A stretch of 64,000 bases of DNA from Convolutriloba macropyga (lineage: Eukaryota). Below are positions 1 through 12,377 of this stretch, piece after piece (the stretch's first letter is position 1; each line of letters begins with the position of its first letter). The position numbers were made by a program, and so were the translations under genes. The notes under the pieces were generated by a model. The model searched no databases and was not told the origin of the DNA. It worked only from the letters and a program-made list of their open reading frames with translations. Where the stretch lies: NCBI RefSeq assembly GCF_964194025.1, contig NC_134480.1, positions 39,494,001 to 39,558,000 of the forward strand, read 5' to 3'.

Positions 1-3000
1 AATGCTACGCAATGAGATAGCGTTGATAAAGAAACTCTAATTCCCGTTTCTAAAAGCTGCAAAAAGTGAACCCAGCAGGAATCGAAACGACAGCTCATCC
101 AGTCATCTCAGTGTTATAGTAATCAAAAAGAGAAAAGCTGATGATCTTGAATTTGAAACTGTACAGAGAAAAGTAAGATCGAGTAGGGAGGTAAAAACGG
201 GAACGAACACCAATCCAGCATTCATCAAGGGTGTCAAAAGCCCCCGAAGCGTCGCCATTTATATGTAGGTTGATTGAGTCAGAACATAACAGCATCAGAA
301 ATGGAGGAGTACTGTATAGAAAATAAAGTTGAACTATTTCATATTCGCCAAATTTCGATGTCAGAGGCTCACCTGAAAGCCTTCCATTGTGTATTTAAAT
401 TTGAGGAGGAGAAAGCTGAGTTACGTGGACTGAAAACGTTACGGTGTCAAGATTTTACCTGAATGAAGCCGCCCGTGATTGGCTAATCAAAGTGGATCAA
501 AATTGACTACTAGTCAGTCCTCCATTAAGACAAAGATCGATGAAACAACGATCGACGAAACAAAGATCTACAGAACTAAACATTTGTCTACATAATGTAC
601 GATCTATCAGGAACAAAACGAAAGATGTAAATGCCCTCTTGGAAGTAAATGAAATTAGTTTGGGAGTATTTATAGGATCGTGGATTACGAACAACTCAGA
701 TGACGATTTTATTCTAAAGCAGTGTTGTCCCCCGGGTTTCTTTCCTATAGTGCACCAAGGGTGAATAAAAGAGGAGGTGGAATTTGCCTCTTTTAAAGAT
801 ATGATATCCATTTGGAAAATTTTGAAAAGTTTACCTCTAAATTTTTTGAATGCTGTTATGCCTCTTTAACTGTTGGGGCTACCAGTTATTAAGTAATCGC
901 TGTTTATCGACCACCTGGATTAAATGTCAAATCTCTCATTGATCACTTTACTGTTCTTTTTGAAGAGGAAAAGCTACAATTCGACAAGATGTAAATAACG
1001 ATGCATCAAAAATGTGGAACTCATTTTTTGAAGATTTCGGCCTGACTCAGTACGTCTCTGAGAAAACGCATAGAAGTGGCGGGATTCTTGACCATATTAT
1101 TGCGTCAAACAATATTTCAATTAATGTTAAATCGAATAGCTTCATTACTTCTTCGGACCATTCTCTTATTTGTTTCTCGCTCAGCAGTGTGAAACAACGC
1201 AAATCTCAACAACGTTTGCAGTATAGAAATCGGAAGAAGCTTGACTCTGATGGTTTTACTAAGTTTTTAAACTCGTGCTTAAAGTTCAATGTTGCCTCAA
1301 GTATTGATGAAGCATGGGATATATATCTAAGGTTTGAGGTGTATATTTTGGATTCCGTTCTACCACTCCAAATAAAAGCATTTACTAAGCATCAAAGCCC
1401 AATCATTGACGATGAAAATTTGAGATTGAAACGAAAGGAGAGAAAAGCAGAGCGTAAATACAGAAATACGAAGTTATCTGTACTGAAATCTGAATACAAA
1501 AATGTTACCCATATGTATTTTGAAAATTTTTTAGAGAAGCGTAGATTGTACTTAGAGAATGCGTTGATGGAAAATTGTAGCCGTAAAAACTTTGCCACTT
1601 TAAAAATGCTTCTTGGTCAAGATGTAGAACAGCTCCCGAAATATGAAAACAAAAAACAGCTTGCAAACAACTTCAACAAGCTCTTTATATCTAAAGTGAA
1701 AAGTATTAATGCATCGATTCCGACTGCGATAGGTCCAGAAATTTTGAAAACTGAAGTTAACTCAATGTATTTGTTCATAGAGTTGTCGAAAAGTTAGTTT
1801 AGAGATTTAATTTTGGCGTCGTCAAACAGTACATCTCCACTGGACATCATTCCGACACATCTTGTAAAGTCATTTTCAGATCATTATTTTCTCGACCTCC
1901 TGAAACTTCTTAATCTTTCGCTGAAGGCGGAATATTTCCCCCAGTCCTTTAAACTGGCCATTGTTAGGCCTCACTTGAAGAAAGCAAATTCCGACAATGA
2001 AGATTTTTCCAATTATTGACCTATCTCGAACCTAAGTTACATTTCAAAACTAATAGAACGGGCGGCTTTCATACAAATGCGAGAACACCTTGAAAAAAAG
2101 TCTCTTAAGCAAATACCAAAGTGCCTACAGGAAGTCTTTTCTACAGAAACAGCGCTGGCTAAGGTTACAAATGAATTGCTCCTCATTTTAGATAGGACAA
2201 AGAGCACTTTTTGTTTTGGACTTGATCTATCAGCTGCCTTTGACACTCTCGATCATGAATTACTTCTTTCAATTCTTGAAACAAGTTTGGGTTTCAAAGA
2301 TAAAGTGCTTAGCTTTTTAAATAGTTATCTGAGTAGTAGATCTCAAAAAATGTTGATTGATGGTGAATATTCGATGCCAAGAACTATAAAAACGGGTGTT
2401 CCTCAAGTATCTATTCTAGGTCCCGTTCTTTTTCATGCTCTTTTGTTCCTCTGGAAGTTCTGTATGAACGTCTTGATGTCAATTATCAGTTTTATGTCGA
2501 TGACACTGTTATCTATTCTGTTTCCCATGCTTCGATAAATAAGGGGACTTTTGATTTGATACTTACGACTCTCCAAAAGTGGTTCAGTGGTGCTAAGCTC
2601 CGATTAAACTCAAATAAAACTGAATACGTGTTTGTTAGTAGAAAGAATATTTTAAATTGCGATATTGAACTTCCAACGGATGCCAATTTTTCTAACAATG
2701 TTACTTTATTGGGCTTCAATTTAGATTCCAGACTTTCATATGCGAAACAAGTTAGTTCCGTGTGCCGTAGATGTTACAATTTCCTGCGAAAAATTTATTC
2801 CATCAGAGATACAGTCGACAGAAAGTCGTTGATCGAATTAGTTCGGGTAATGATTCTCTCGCGACTAGATTACTGCAACTCACTGTAATATGGTCTACCT
2901 GTGAATATTATACAGAAAATCAGCGTATAATGAACTCAGCATGTCGTCCCATTTCTAGGTTATCACCTGGTTCACCAACAGCAAATTATATCAAAGAACT

Positions 3001-3356
3001 TCATTGGCTACCCATGAAACAACGTATCCTCTACAAAATTCTACTTTTTGGTCACCGCTTAGTTCACCATCCGTGGAAAATTCCGATGTATCTGGGCGCA
3101 TTAGTTTTCCGAAATGATAAGGTGACTAGATGCCAATATGCATACAATTTGAAGGTTCCTAATGTCACAACTGCATTTGGGCGAAGATCTTCGGTTTTGC
3201 TGTTCCTTTCGAATGGAATAAGTTGCCTTTTGAGATGAAACTAATACCCCATGAATTGGATTATCGCAAAAAACTGAAAACTTTTTCATTTAAATTTTGA
3301 TTTTGAAAGCACTTTTGAGTTTGTAAATGGTGCGTAAACCTATAATAATAATAATA
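1..3356 (+). mobile_element. Decayed non-LTR retrotransposon (L2/CR1-group LINE): ORF1 tail, APE endonuclease, reverse transcriptase, (ATA)n tail
   Basis: Frameshifted ORF fragments carry endonuclease motifs (ICLHNVRSI, ILDHII, SDHSLI) and RT motifs (LDLSAAFDTLDH, GVPQVSILGP, FYVDDT near 2490). C-terminal SRLDYCNSL and LHWLP are typical of L2-group ORF2. Ends in tataataataataata at ~3341-3356. Confidence 0.9.
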
Positions 3357-4395
3357 GAAATGCACGATCTTTTGCTTCTATTATCCATTATTCGAGGGGA
3401 TTATGATGTAGGTATTGACGATATTGAAGAAGCAGTAGAAACAACACGTCAGACTGAACGGAGTGAATATCGAATCATGAAAGCGGGAATTAACAAAACT
3501 AACGATTTCTTTTTTAGAAGAACGAAATTGCTCTTCAACTACGTTTCTATAGCTGCGAATGATTATGGAAAGACGCTAAACAAAATTACTTTACTGAAAA
3601 TATACTGGAATTTTTTTTACAAATCATTATGTGGAAGAGAACAAATGCACATAGAGAGTGATTTGCTGATGTGGAAACTAACATAAAGAAGAAGATAAAA
3701 CTGATCTGGACTGTAAATTGGGTGGAAACCCAAGAGTCTTACTCTAAATCCTACACTACTACTACTACTACTCTAGTACCATCAAGATGTTCGTGTAATT
3801 GGCGCGATACTGATCAGGTTGGGAGGGGGTAAAACAGACCAGATCCAGAATAAATTAGAGGTATTATTCACATATTAAATTCCGCTGTGGTTCCACTGAA
3901 TACATCATCTTCACCATTCAAACAACTTTTTCTTGTCTCGTGCTAATTGAACTTGTGCGATAATGCTCCAAAAATGCTGTAACCAATTCTCCCCATTGAG
4001 GTTAATCCAATGAATCCAATCCGAATCCTCTGCTACTACTAATGAATTGAAGCAATTTTTTCTTTTTCATCCGCGATCAACAAAGCTGCCATTTGCAAGC
4101 TATTCGTCAAATGTCTGATTTAAATGCTTTTGACAATGTAATTCCAATTAAAAGAATTGATAGAGAGCATTTGATCACTGATGAACCAATCTATCTTGCA
4201 GCTGGCTTCAGGTTACTTTAACCATAGTTTGGCTTGTATCGATTGAGTTTCATTGAGTGTTTAAATTGTAAATTTGTTTTCATTTCAGAGACAGGTGTAA
4301 TGATTGGCTTTAACTGATTTGATATTTGTTTTCTGGATTGTATTAAACTATATTAAGCTCTAACAGGAACGGTCAAGAGTGGAAACATTTTCAAC

Positions 4396-5160
4396 ATGAC
4401 TACCGAAACAGTGAAAGTATTACGAGCTACTTTTCGGGATGGGCGAACAAAATCTATAGCTTTCCGCGTCGAGCAGCTGAACGCTTTGAAAAGACTTGTC
4501 GTTGAAAACGCTGAAATGATCATGGAAGCGTTGAAAAGTGATCTTGGTAAATGTAAGATGGAGTCAGTTTTAATCGAGCTTGACTTGATTGAAAACGATA
4601 TCAACGACGCTATCAAAAACGTTTACAATTGGTCGAAACCCGAATATGTACATAAAACTCTGCTTTACAAAGCGATGTCATGTTACATTCACAAAGAGCC
4701 GCTGGGCGTTGTGTTGATTATTGGTGCCTGGAACTACCCTATACAGTTAACTCTGTTGCCGCTAATTGGGGCTATTGTCGCTGGTAACTGCGCTATTGTC
4801 AAACCGTCCGAAGTCTCGCCCAAAACTGCCGAAGCGTTGGAGCAGTTGATTCCGAAATACCTTGATAATGATTGCTACAGAGTAGTTGTCGGTGGCGTTA
4901 CCGAAACTACGGAACTTCTTGAGCAGAAGTTTGACAAAATTTTCTACACTGGAAGTGGCAATGTCGGTCGCATTGTAATGGCAGCTGCTGCTAAGCATCT
5001 TACCCCTGTTGCTCTCGAACTAGGAGGGAAAAGCCCAACCTATGTTGCCGATGACGCAGATTTGAAAGTATCAGCTAATAGAATTGTTTGGGCCAAGTTG
5101 CTGAATTGTGGTCAGACATGCGTTGCACCAGATTTCATCATGTGTTCTAAAGAGATTCAG
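4396..5160 (+). CDS. ALDH3: Aldehyde dehydrogenase family 3 (ALDH3B-like), coding exon 1
   Basis: Motifs EPLGVVLIIGAWNYP, VKPSE, FYTGS, LELGGKSP (catalytic Glu) and NCGQTCVAPD (catalytic Cys). Phase-0 donor CAG|GTAGGA at 5160/5161. Confidence 0.95.
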
Positions 5161-5259
5161 GTAGGATTTTTTTCTAGTGATGAATTATTAATCGTTCCTA
5201 CATTTTACCAAACTATGGGAAGAGATATATGAGGCGGGCTATTTTCTTCAAACTTTCAC

Positions 5260-7150
5260 TTTTGCTTAGGCATTAACCAAAATTGAGAAAAGTTATTTTT
5301 TAACCCCCAAAGAGTTTTCAAACTTTTGCAAAGAGCACCCATTAATACGTTTGTCGCTGTAACTGAAACCTTGTTGAACACTGATTTTAATATTGAAAAC
5401 AATTTTTTTAACAGCATCGCATACTTTCTTTGGGAAATGTAGATCAAACAAAACAGGGGCTTCAAAGGGTGGAGGAATAGGTATTTTTATTCCAAAAAAA
5501 TTACCTCTAGTATTAAATCAAGCATTAAAACGGTTGATGAGAATTTTCGAATCCATTTGTGTTGAAATAAGCCAGCTTCTGAATGAAAAATTACTTGTTA
5601 ACGTTTCCTATTGCACGAACAAACGTCCTGTGGACTTTTTTCTTGATTAAGCACCGAACTATCGGGGGGCACATAGTATAACAGACGACGTTTTTCTCTG
5701 CTGGGAGATTACGACTTGAATTATCTGAACAACACAGAAAAAAAACTAGACATTTTTGCGTCAAATTCAAGATTAGAAATTGTTATCATCGGGGATGCAA
5801 CCAGATGTATCGATAAAACATTTACACTTTTTGATCACTGTTTCATTTCGAAAAATCAGATAATTGCCTACAATGTCACAACTACCCATTTTAACTCCGA
5901 TCATTTTTTGTTATCTTTGAATCAAACCTCTCGTTGAAGTCGTAGAATAGTGAAAAATGTACCAATGTAAAAATGCCAACGATATGTTTCATTCATTCAT
6001 CGATACTTTCAAGAAAATTTTTAAAAACGCACCGATTTGGACAGTTAAAATAAGTGTGAATTTTAAGAATTCTGAGCCTTGGTTTACGCAAGGATTGAAG
6101 TGTAAAATTACCCGAAAACATTTTCTGTTCATCAAATAGAAAATAATCTTTACAGACGTAAAAAGAATTTTAGCGTGTAAGAAACTTTGTTAATGAGATT
6201 AAGGGAGGCGCGCGCCATCAATTTCTTCAATAAGTTACCTACAAGTAAGAATCAATTGATTTTCAAGAAAGATCACTATGACGAAAAAACTGCCAAGGTT
6301 GATGAAATCAGATTAGATAGTTGTGAAATTTCAAAGGATAAAAAATATTGTCAATTGTCTAAATAGATCCTTTGCTAATCTATGAGTTTTCAAGGGTTCA
6401 GATATTGCTTGTGAATACCCTGATGAATTAACATTGCTGAATTCACATTCAGAGCTTTGACTAGAAAAGAACTGTATTCAGTCATTAAAATTAAAAGTAA
6501 TTCAGGCAATAAATCTGATTTCGGTTTTATTGTTCTTTATGAAAACAAAGTTCTCTTAACACAAAATTGTTGCACTTACCTTTGTATTCAATTTGACAGC
6601 AACCTTAATTTCGATGAGCATCTGAATAAAACTTGAAAAAAGATGGCTCATGCTATTTGATCAATATACCCAGTAAGACATTAACTTCCTGTGAACGCGC
6701 GCCTTCTTCTTTTAAAACGACTCGTGCTCTAACATGTTTTTGACAATCTTTTTTCAAATTTTAGCTGCAAAAACCTAAAACGGCTCAATCGACAGATTAA
6801 CTGGGGCATAAAAGTGTGCTTTCTACGCAAAAAGCATGACAAAGCAATAGCTCTGGTAATACAGACAAAGATCTTACCAGCTCTTCTAAAAATAGCAAAA
6901 ATGTTGATGAAATTTAAATTTTATATAGCCCGACTAAAAATTTCTGAAAACTTTTACGGGTATTTGAGTCTTCATCAAAACGCTCGCGCAAAATAATTCA
7001 AAATTAGACAGAATGTTGAAACTAGCTTTGGATTTAATTTGATTGTTCGTCGATTCGTAGTAAGAAACGTTGAATGATCTCTCACAGCATAAAAAAGTTC
7101 CATTGAATGGTAGCGTAGGAGCTTTTAAAAGTTACTATTTTTAGGAAGAA
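5260..7150 (+). mobile_element. Heavily decayed CR1-like LINE inside the ALDH3 intron, RT core missing
   Basis: Endonuclease remnants (VAVTET, GGGIGIFI, GDYDLN, FDHCFIS, SDHFL), EPWFT, and a post-RT YLCIQFDSNLNFDEHL segment near 6575. Many stops and frameshifts. Confidence 0.75.
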
Positions 7151-7618
7151 AACAATCGGAAGAAAGTTTTCTAATATGATTTTTTAAGAAAATTGATTGT
7201 TGTTGATTATTTTGCTTGAATGAGTTGAAGTATTTTTTGTATCAAGTATATTTAACCATATGGTTATAATTTTAATTTACTTGTCTAAAAGAAAGGATTT
7301 TCGTTTGCAGATTTGCAATTTTATTCCAAGTTGAAAGGGGAACAGTTCTTGAAAATAGGAAGGGAAGCTGGAAAAGGAGTACAAAAGGAGAGGTTCCCTA
7401 GTTTGGGGTAGGGAAAAGGGGCGGGAGTCTGCGGCAGGGTAGGCATTTTTTAGCTTTCTTAATTTTTTATAGTATTAGAAATTGTATTGTAGTGTACATT
7501 TTTCGTAATTCAAATAGTCAACAAAATTTCTATTAGGTCAGTCAAAATAGGTATAAAACAAAATAAGACAGGAGTTTTTTCTTTTCTCTGGTCTCTGTAT
7601 TTAATTTAGAAATCTGTT

Positions 7619-7983
7619 TTTAATTGCTTTCGAACGAAGTTTGAATCAGTTAATGTAAACATGTCCTTTGTAAACATGCGAAATTTTCGGTTGACCTAGT
7701 GACTTTTTCGCGTTTATCGTCATTTTCACGTGATCTCAATTGCTCTCACTTCGAATTAAAGTTTGATACTAAAGGCGACTGTAATATAAGAAGTCACAAG
7801 AACCTGATATCTGAGTGGTTAATGCTTCTGTCGAAGACTCCGAAGTTCCCGGGCGGCTTCGACTCCCTCACTCCCTCGGATATTTTTGCAACCATATAAA
7901 TTTATCTAGTTACGAGCAGCTGAATTAAATTGCCCCGCCTGTCGTTTGAAAGCAATTTTTCCGACGTTGTTTGGCTTATGCTC
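7619..7983 (+). mobile_element. Non-autonomous Helentron-like (HINE) element, family A, tRNA-cassette subtype
   Basis: 5' ttaattgctttcgaacga and 3' tcgtttgaaagcaatt form an inverted pair, followed by a degenerate ccgac hairpin and ttatg. A/B-box-like motifs at ~7808 and ~7855. Confidence 0.7.
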
Positions 7984-8699
7984 TTATAGTTGAAAAATAT
8001 TCTGTTATAACCGAAGCAGGAATAATTATACCAAATACGAGACTCGAAGTTCATTAAACCGACGCTCAGTTTTTGGAAAAAATCGGCACTTTAAGAAAGA
8101 TGAATATTATTTTGAATCCTTAACTCTACCGTCTAACATATACTATGCCTTCTACCTAATTTCTCTGCTTTGGTTTGACATAAACTTTGCATATGTTAAC
8201 AAATATGAAACGCATCAAACATTGTGAAACTTGGCCTCCGGTTTATTTGCAGCTTCCTTCGATTTGAATTGTTGAAATCTGTACAGTTAATTGAAATCAA
8301 AATTGTGATTTAGTGGCAAAGTTTTTACGGAGGCAAAAGTTAACAAAGAACAGATATCATCAAGAGAATGATTATAAGTATTGTAATTTGAATGCACGAA
8401 CAGAGATCATCGTCATATCAAGTATTTTTTCATTAAAACGGAACATGGATTCTTATTGAAGATAGTTGTTTAATGGAAAATGGGAGAAAAAGTATGCCAT
8501 TATTGTTTACCGTCGTATCTTTTGATGGTTTCCCTGTTCTTTGCTCAAATTTCAGTAGAAATTTTGACAGTAAAAATCACAATTTTGGTTTCAATTGAAT
8601 TGTACCGAATTCTATTGAGATTCAAGGTCTTTCAACTCTATATTCTATTGAATGGGCCTGTCTTTTGTATGGTCTTCGGCTTTCTGGTTGGTTTTTAAT

Positions 8700-9055
8700 T
8701 TTTTAATTGCTTTCAAAAGATTTTTGTAACAATTATATTAGTCCTGTGGTCTTTTTAATGCGATTTTTTGCTTGACCAATTTTTCGTGTGACCCATTTGA
8801 CTTTTCGTCCGCAAAAATCCTCAAATTGAGGGGAAAAGTTCATGGTGTGAAGGGCGGTTCTTAATCTTAAATGTTTGACCCCCCTGAGTCAAATCCCCCC
8901 CCCCCCCCACCACCCCCAACACTTCCTTTGTCGAGACCCCCCCACTCACACACACACACACACTGGTCACCCCCCTCCCTCAACGCTAGCATCCGAAGTC
9001 AACTGCTCGCCGGTCGTTTGAGAGCAATTCACCCGACGTTAGTCGGTTAAGTTTT
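8700..9055 (+). mobile_element. HINE-like element, family A, C-rich/(CA)n subtype
   Basis: 5' ttaattgctttcaaa; 3' tttgagagcaatt, hairpin ccgac-gtta-gtcgg, then ttaagttt. Internal poly-C and (CA)n. Confidence 0.75.
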
Positions 9056-9299
9056 AATGAAGTGGACCGCATCCTCAGATGAGATGAGCTATTGCCAAGA
9101 GAAATCATAAATTAGTTTAGTTATTATTATTATTATTGACCATGGGTTTGGTTGGTAGTCTACATAAATATAAAACCTGAAAAGTCAGTTAAACAGGTTG
9201 TGCTGTCGTCTAGCTCCATAATAATACGCGCATAGAAAAAATGATAACGCAGTTATACAGTGCGACAGTAGAAATGACTTTTGATCGAAGATTGTTTTA

Positions 9300-10750
9300 A
9301 AAAGCTGTTTCATGTCTTAAAATTCAATTTCATGTGCAGGCATGTGAAGTGTTTTACATGTAATTTTCCATGTAGACGATATAAACATTCTGGTTGTTGA
9401 ATATTTTCAAACTTTTCAGCAAATAGGAGAAGTAACCGCGAACAATGTTTTTTGTTACAACTGACAAGTGAATAATGATAAAAAATTCTTCTGAGTTCTC
9501 TACATTGATTGAATACAAATTTACCCAAAACGTAAAAACTGGAAAGGACAGCTAAAAGTCGTAATCCTGTAAAGTGGTGCCTTTTAGTTCTCATTTTTTA
9601 AAAACCAATCAAAGAAAAACGCGAAAACCATACACCCTGTACAAATTTTGATAGAAATTCAATATATTGCATAAACACACGTTACAAAAAGTTAAATTTT
9701 TTTTTCAATAAATTGACTGTCGCTGAAGCAGTGCAAAATTGGTCAGTTCTACTTGGCTAAGTAATCCAAGTTGTTGCACAATTTTTATTTAAACTTTATA
9801 AACCCTTTTCAGTCTGTTGAGGCGATGAGCGATATGATTCTTGTTTAGTTTTAGGCAGTTGATTTTTGAGCAGATTGGTTCTCAGACTGGGTGGTAACCG
9901 AAAGGAATCGGTAATTAGATAGCAACGATGCTCTTTATGAAGTACCTCAGCGAGTTGTACGCACAAATCGAACTTGTGTATTCTTTTATACAACATAATT
10001 TTTTTGTAGAATATTTCTTGAAACTTTGAGTCAATTGAAAATATTAGCCTTATGATATTATTTTGTCTTCATTCTGAATGTTTTAGGACACTCTTCTTTG
10101 CTAAAAGAGCAAAAAACAATACATCACATAGCAAAATCCAATAGAATTACTGGTTGTACATAGTTTTTTAGAGTCGAACTAGAATGTTTTTCTTGGAAGT
10201 TTGTCATCTGATAGAGACCTGCTTTAAGAAGAACCTTTGCAGACATTTTTTGAATATGTACAAAAATAATCGTGTAACCGTTAATTTTGACGCCGAATTT
10301 GAGACAACCACCCCAAAAATGATAGCTCGTCGGCATTTCTATTTAACGCCGACTTGTTTTATCCAAGTTGATACCGCCTTTACTTTTACATTTATTCACT
10401 CATCATTTTTCTATCAACATTTGTGTTGTCGGCAAACACTGAAATATTTCAAAAACGGCAGGTTTTGTAGATCATGTACGTATTGGAGAAAAATAAAAGA
10501 AGAGAGCCTGATGGTAGTGGAAACGATGACTTCTTGTCCTTTTCTCGAAGCACTCACTCTTAAACCATATGCATAGCACTTTTGAAGCAAAATTTTTTAG
10601 ACACAATATCGAAGGCTTTTGATTGATCCATAAACGCATCAAAGTAACTCGATTCCATAATTGCCCTATACCTTGACACTGCATCAATTGTACTTTTGTT
10701 TTTATCGATGTCCATCTTTGACTGTGTTTAAATTTTGTCGTCTAAGAATT
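9300..10750 (-). pseudogene. Possible decayed piggyBac-like transposase remnant
   Basis: Minus-strand fragments loosely resemble piggyBac motifs in the expected order (RWTSI, NKCKSKGGINLD, INGY, then a Cys/His-rich end). Highly degenerate; no TIRs found. Confidence 0.25.
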
Positions 10751-11361
10751 AGATCAGTCTCGGCTGCAGATAACTCTAAAAAATTTTCGAGTTTTATGGT
10801 TCCATAGCTCTCAAACTAGTCAGACGTGGGGTTTTATTGGGGGGAGGTGGGGGGGGGGGGGGTAATCACTTAGTCTATTTTTTTGGAAATAAACCGAAGA
10901 AAAATTTCACACTGAAGATTTGGACAGTTGCTTTTCCTTTTTCTCTCAACGCTATAATGCAAATAACATACAATTATTTGTAAGAATTTTGCACTTCTAA
11001 GAATTTTGTATTGTGAAACCCCGATCATTTTAATGCAGATGATTAGCTTCCTAGTTTCGATGATTTTGCCGCCATTATATAATTTGATTTATGCTTGATT
11101 TATTATTTTGAAATTTTGTTTCAAACCCCCCCCCCCCCCCAGCTTAGTGGTCAGATAACCTAAAGCCCCTCACCCCCAATCATGACAATTATACCATAAT
11201 GGAGGGGCTAAAATGGGAAAGACCCGTTAATTGATCCTCAAATTTAACATAACAGAATGAAGATAGCAGTTCAGCCTTCCCCAAGCTGACAGTGAAGCAA
11301 GCGTTATCAGATCATGTGAGTTTAGGTATATTTTTTTATCAAAAAGAATTTTTGCTTCTAG

Positions 11362-12006
11362 GAGCCACTGGCTGAGCAGTTGAAGGAAACGATCGAGGCA
11401 TTTTATGGTCGTGTGGTTGCTGATTCGCCCGATTATGGAAAAATTGTGAACGAACGGCATTTCGATCGACTTGAGGCTCTGCTTAGTGATGTTGATGACA
11501 TTTTTTTCGGAGGTCTTCGCAACAAAGACGAGCGATTTTTCTCGCCGACCATTCTGCTGAACGTGAAAACGGACGCCAGATGTATGCAAGAAGAAATTTT
11601 TGGTCCCATTCTACCAATTATTCCAGTTGAGAGTGAAGACGAAGCTTTGGAATATGTACTTTCGCAACCCAAACCCTTGAGCTTGTACGTGTTTTCGAAT
11701 TCAGGCGAGACTATTCAAAAATGGCGATGTGCAACAACGAGTGGAATGTTTGCGGCTAATGATGCTTGTTTACAAGGGGGTCTTCCAACGTTGCCTTTCG
11801 GCGGGGTGGGCGCGAGTGGTATGGGAACCTACCACGGGAAGTTTTCCTTCGATTGTTTTACGCACCAGAAGTCATGTTTAGAGGCACCAGTTCGGCTGGT
11901 GGAAGGAGCCAATCATAAGATGCGGTACCCTCCGTACTCTGATAAGAAGCTTGAGTGGGCAAGGTGGGTCATATCTGGAAAGGGAGGAGTTTGTAACATC
12001 CTCTGA
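11362..12006 (+). CDS. ALDH3: ALDH3 coding exon 2 (spliced protein ~469 aa, ends CNIL)
   Basis: Acceptor ttctag at 11361 joins in frame (KEIQ|EPLAEQLKET). Motifs EEIFGPILP, KPLSLYVFS, PFGGVGASGMGTYHG and RYPPY. Intron is 5161-11361. Confidence 0.95.
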   Translation, partial: EPLAEQLKETIEAFYGRVVADSPDYGKIVNERHFDRLEALLSDVDDIFFGGLRNKDERFFSPTILLNVKTDARCMQEEIFGPILPIIPVESEDEALEYVLSQPKPLSLYVFSNSGETIQKWRCATTSGMFAANDACLQGGLPTLPFGGVGASGMGTYHGKFSFDCFTHQKSCLEAPVRLVEGANHKMRYPPYSDKKLEWARWVISGKGGVCNIL

Positions 12007-12377
12007 GCCAAGAACAACTGCTGCTTTATTTCATAATTTACCTCTAATTCTTCTTGAGTGTGATTGTTATCATTATATCAGATAGATAGATGTTTATGAA
12101 TAGATTATATTTAACCTCAGCTGGAATCAGAAGAATGAGTGCCAGATGTACACATAAATTTATACGTTTTACTAGTATTATGATATACTTGAATTTAAAT
12201 CTTTTAAAAGTGATATGAGCAATGAACAGCAAACAACCAGCAATCTGCAACCAGTTTCATGCAGAGTTTGGTTTCTGAAGTTATACCCACGGCTAATTAT
12301 TCAAAACTGTTGAATATTATGGTGTTTAATAGCCGCCTTCATCTTCTCAGACGGCTATTATAGCGCTCCTATTTTTT

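Noticed and set aside
3327-3686. 119-aa ORF after the LINE
   Set aside because: It starts within the LINE tail repeat and has no recognisable domain or splice support.
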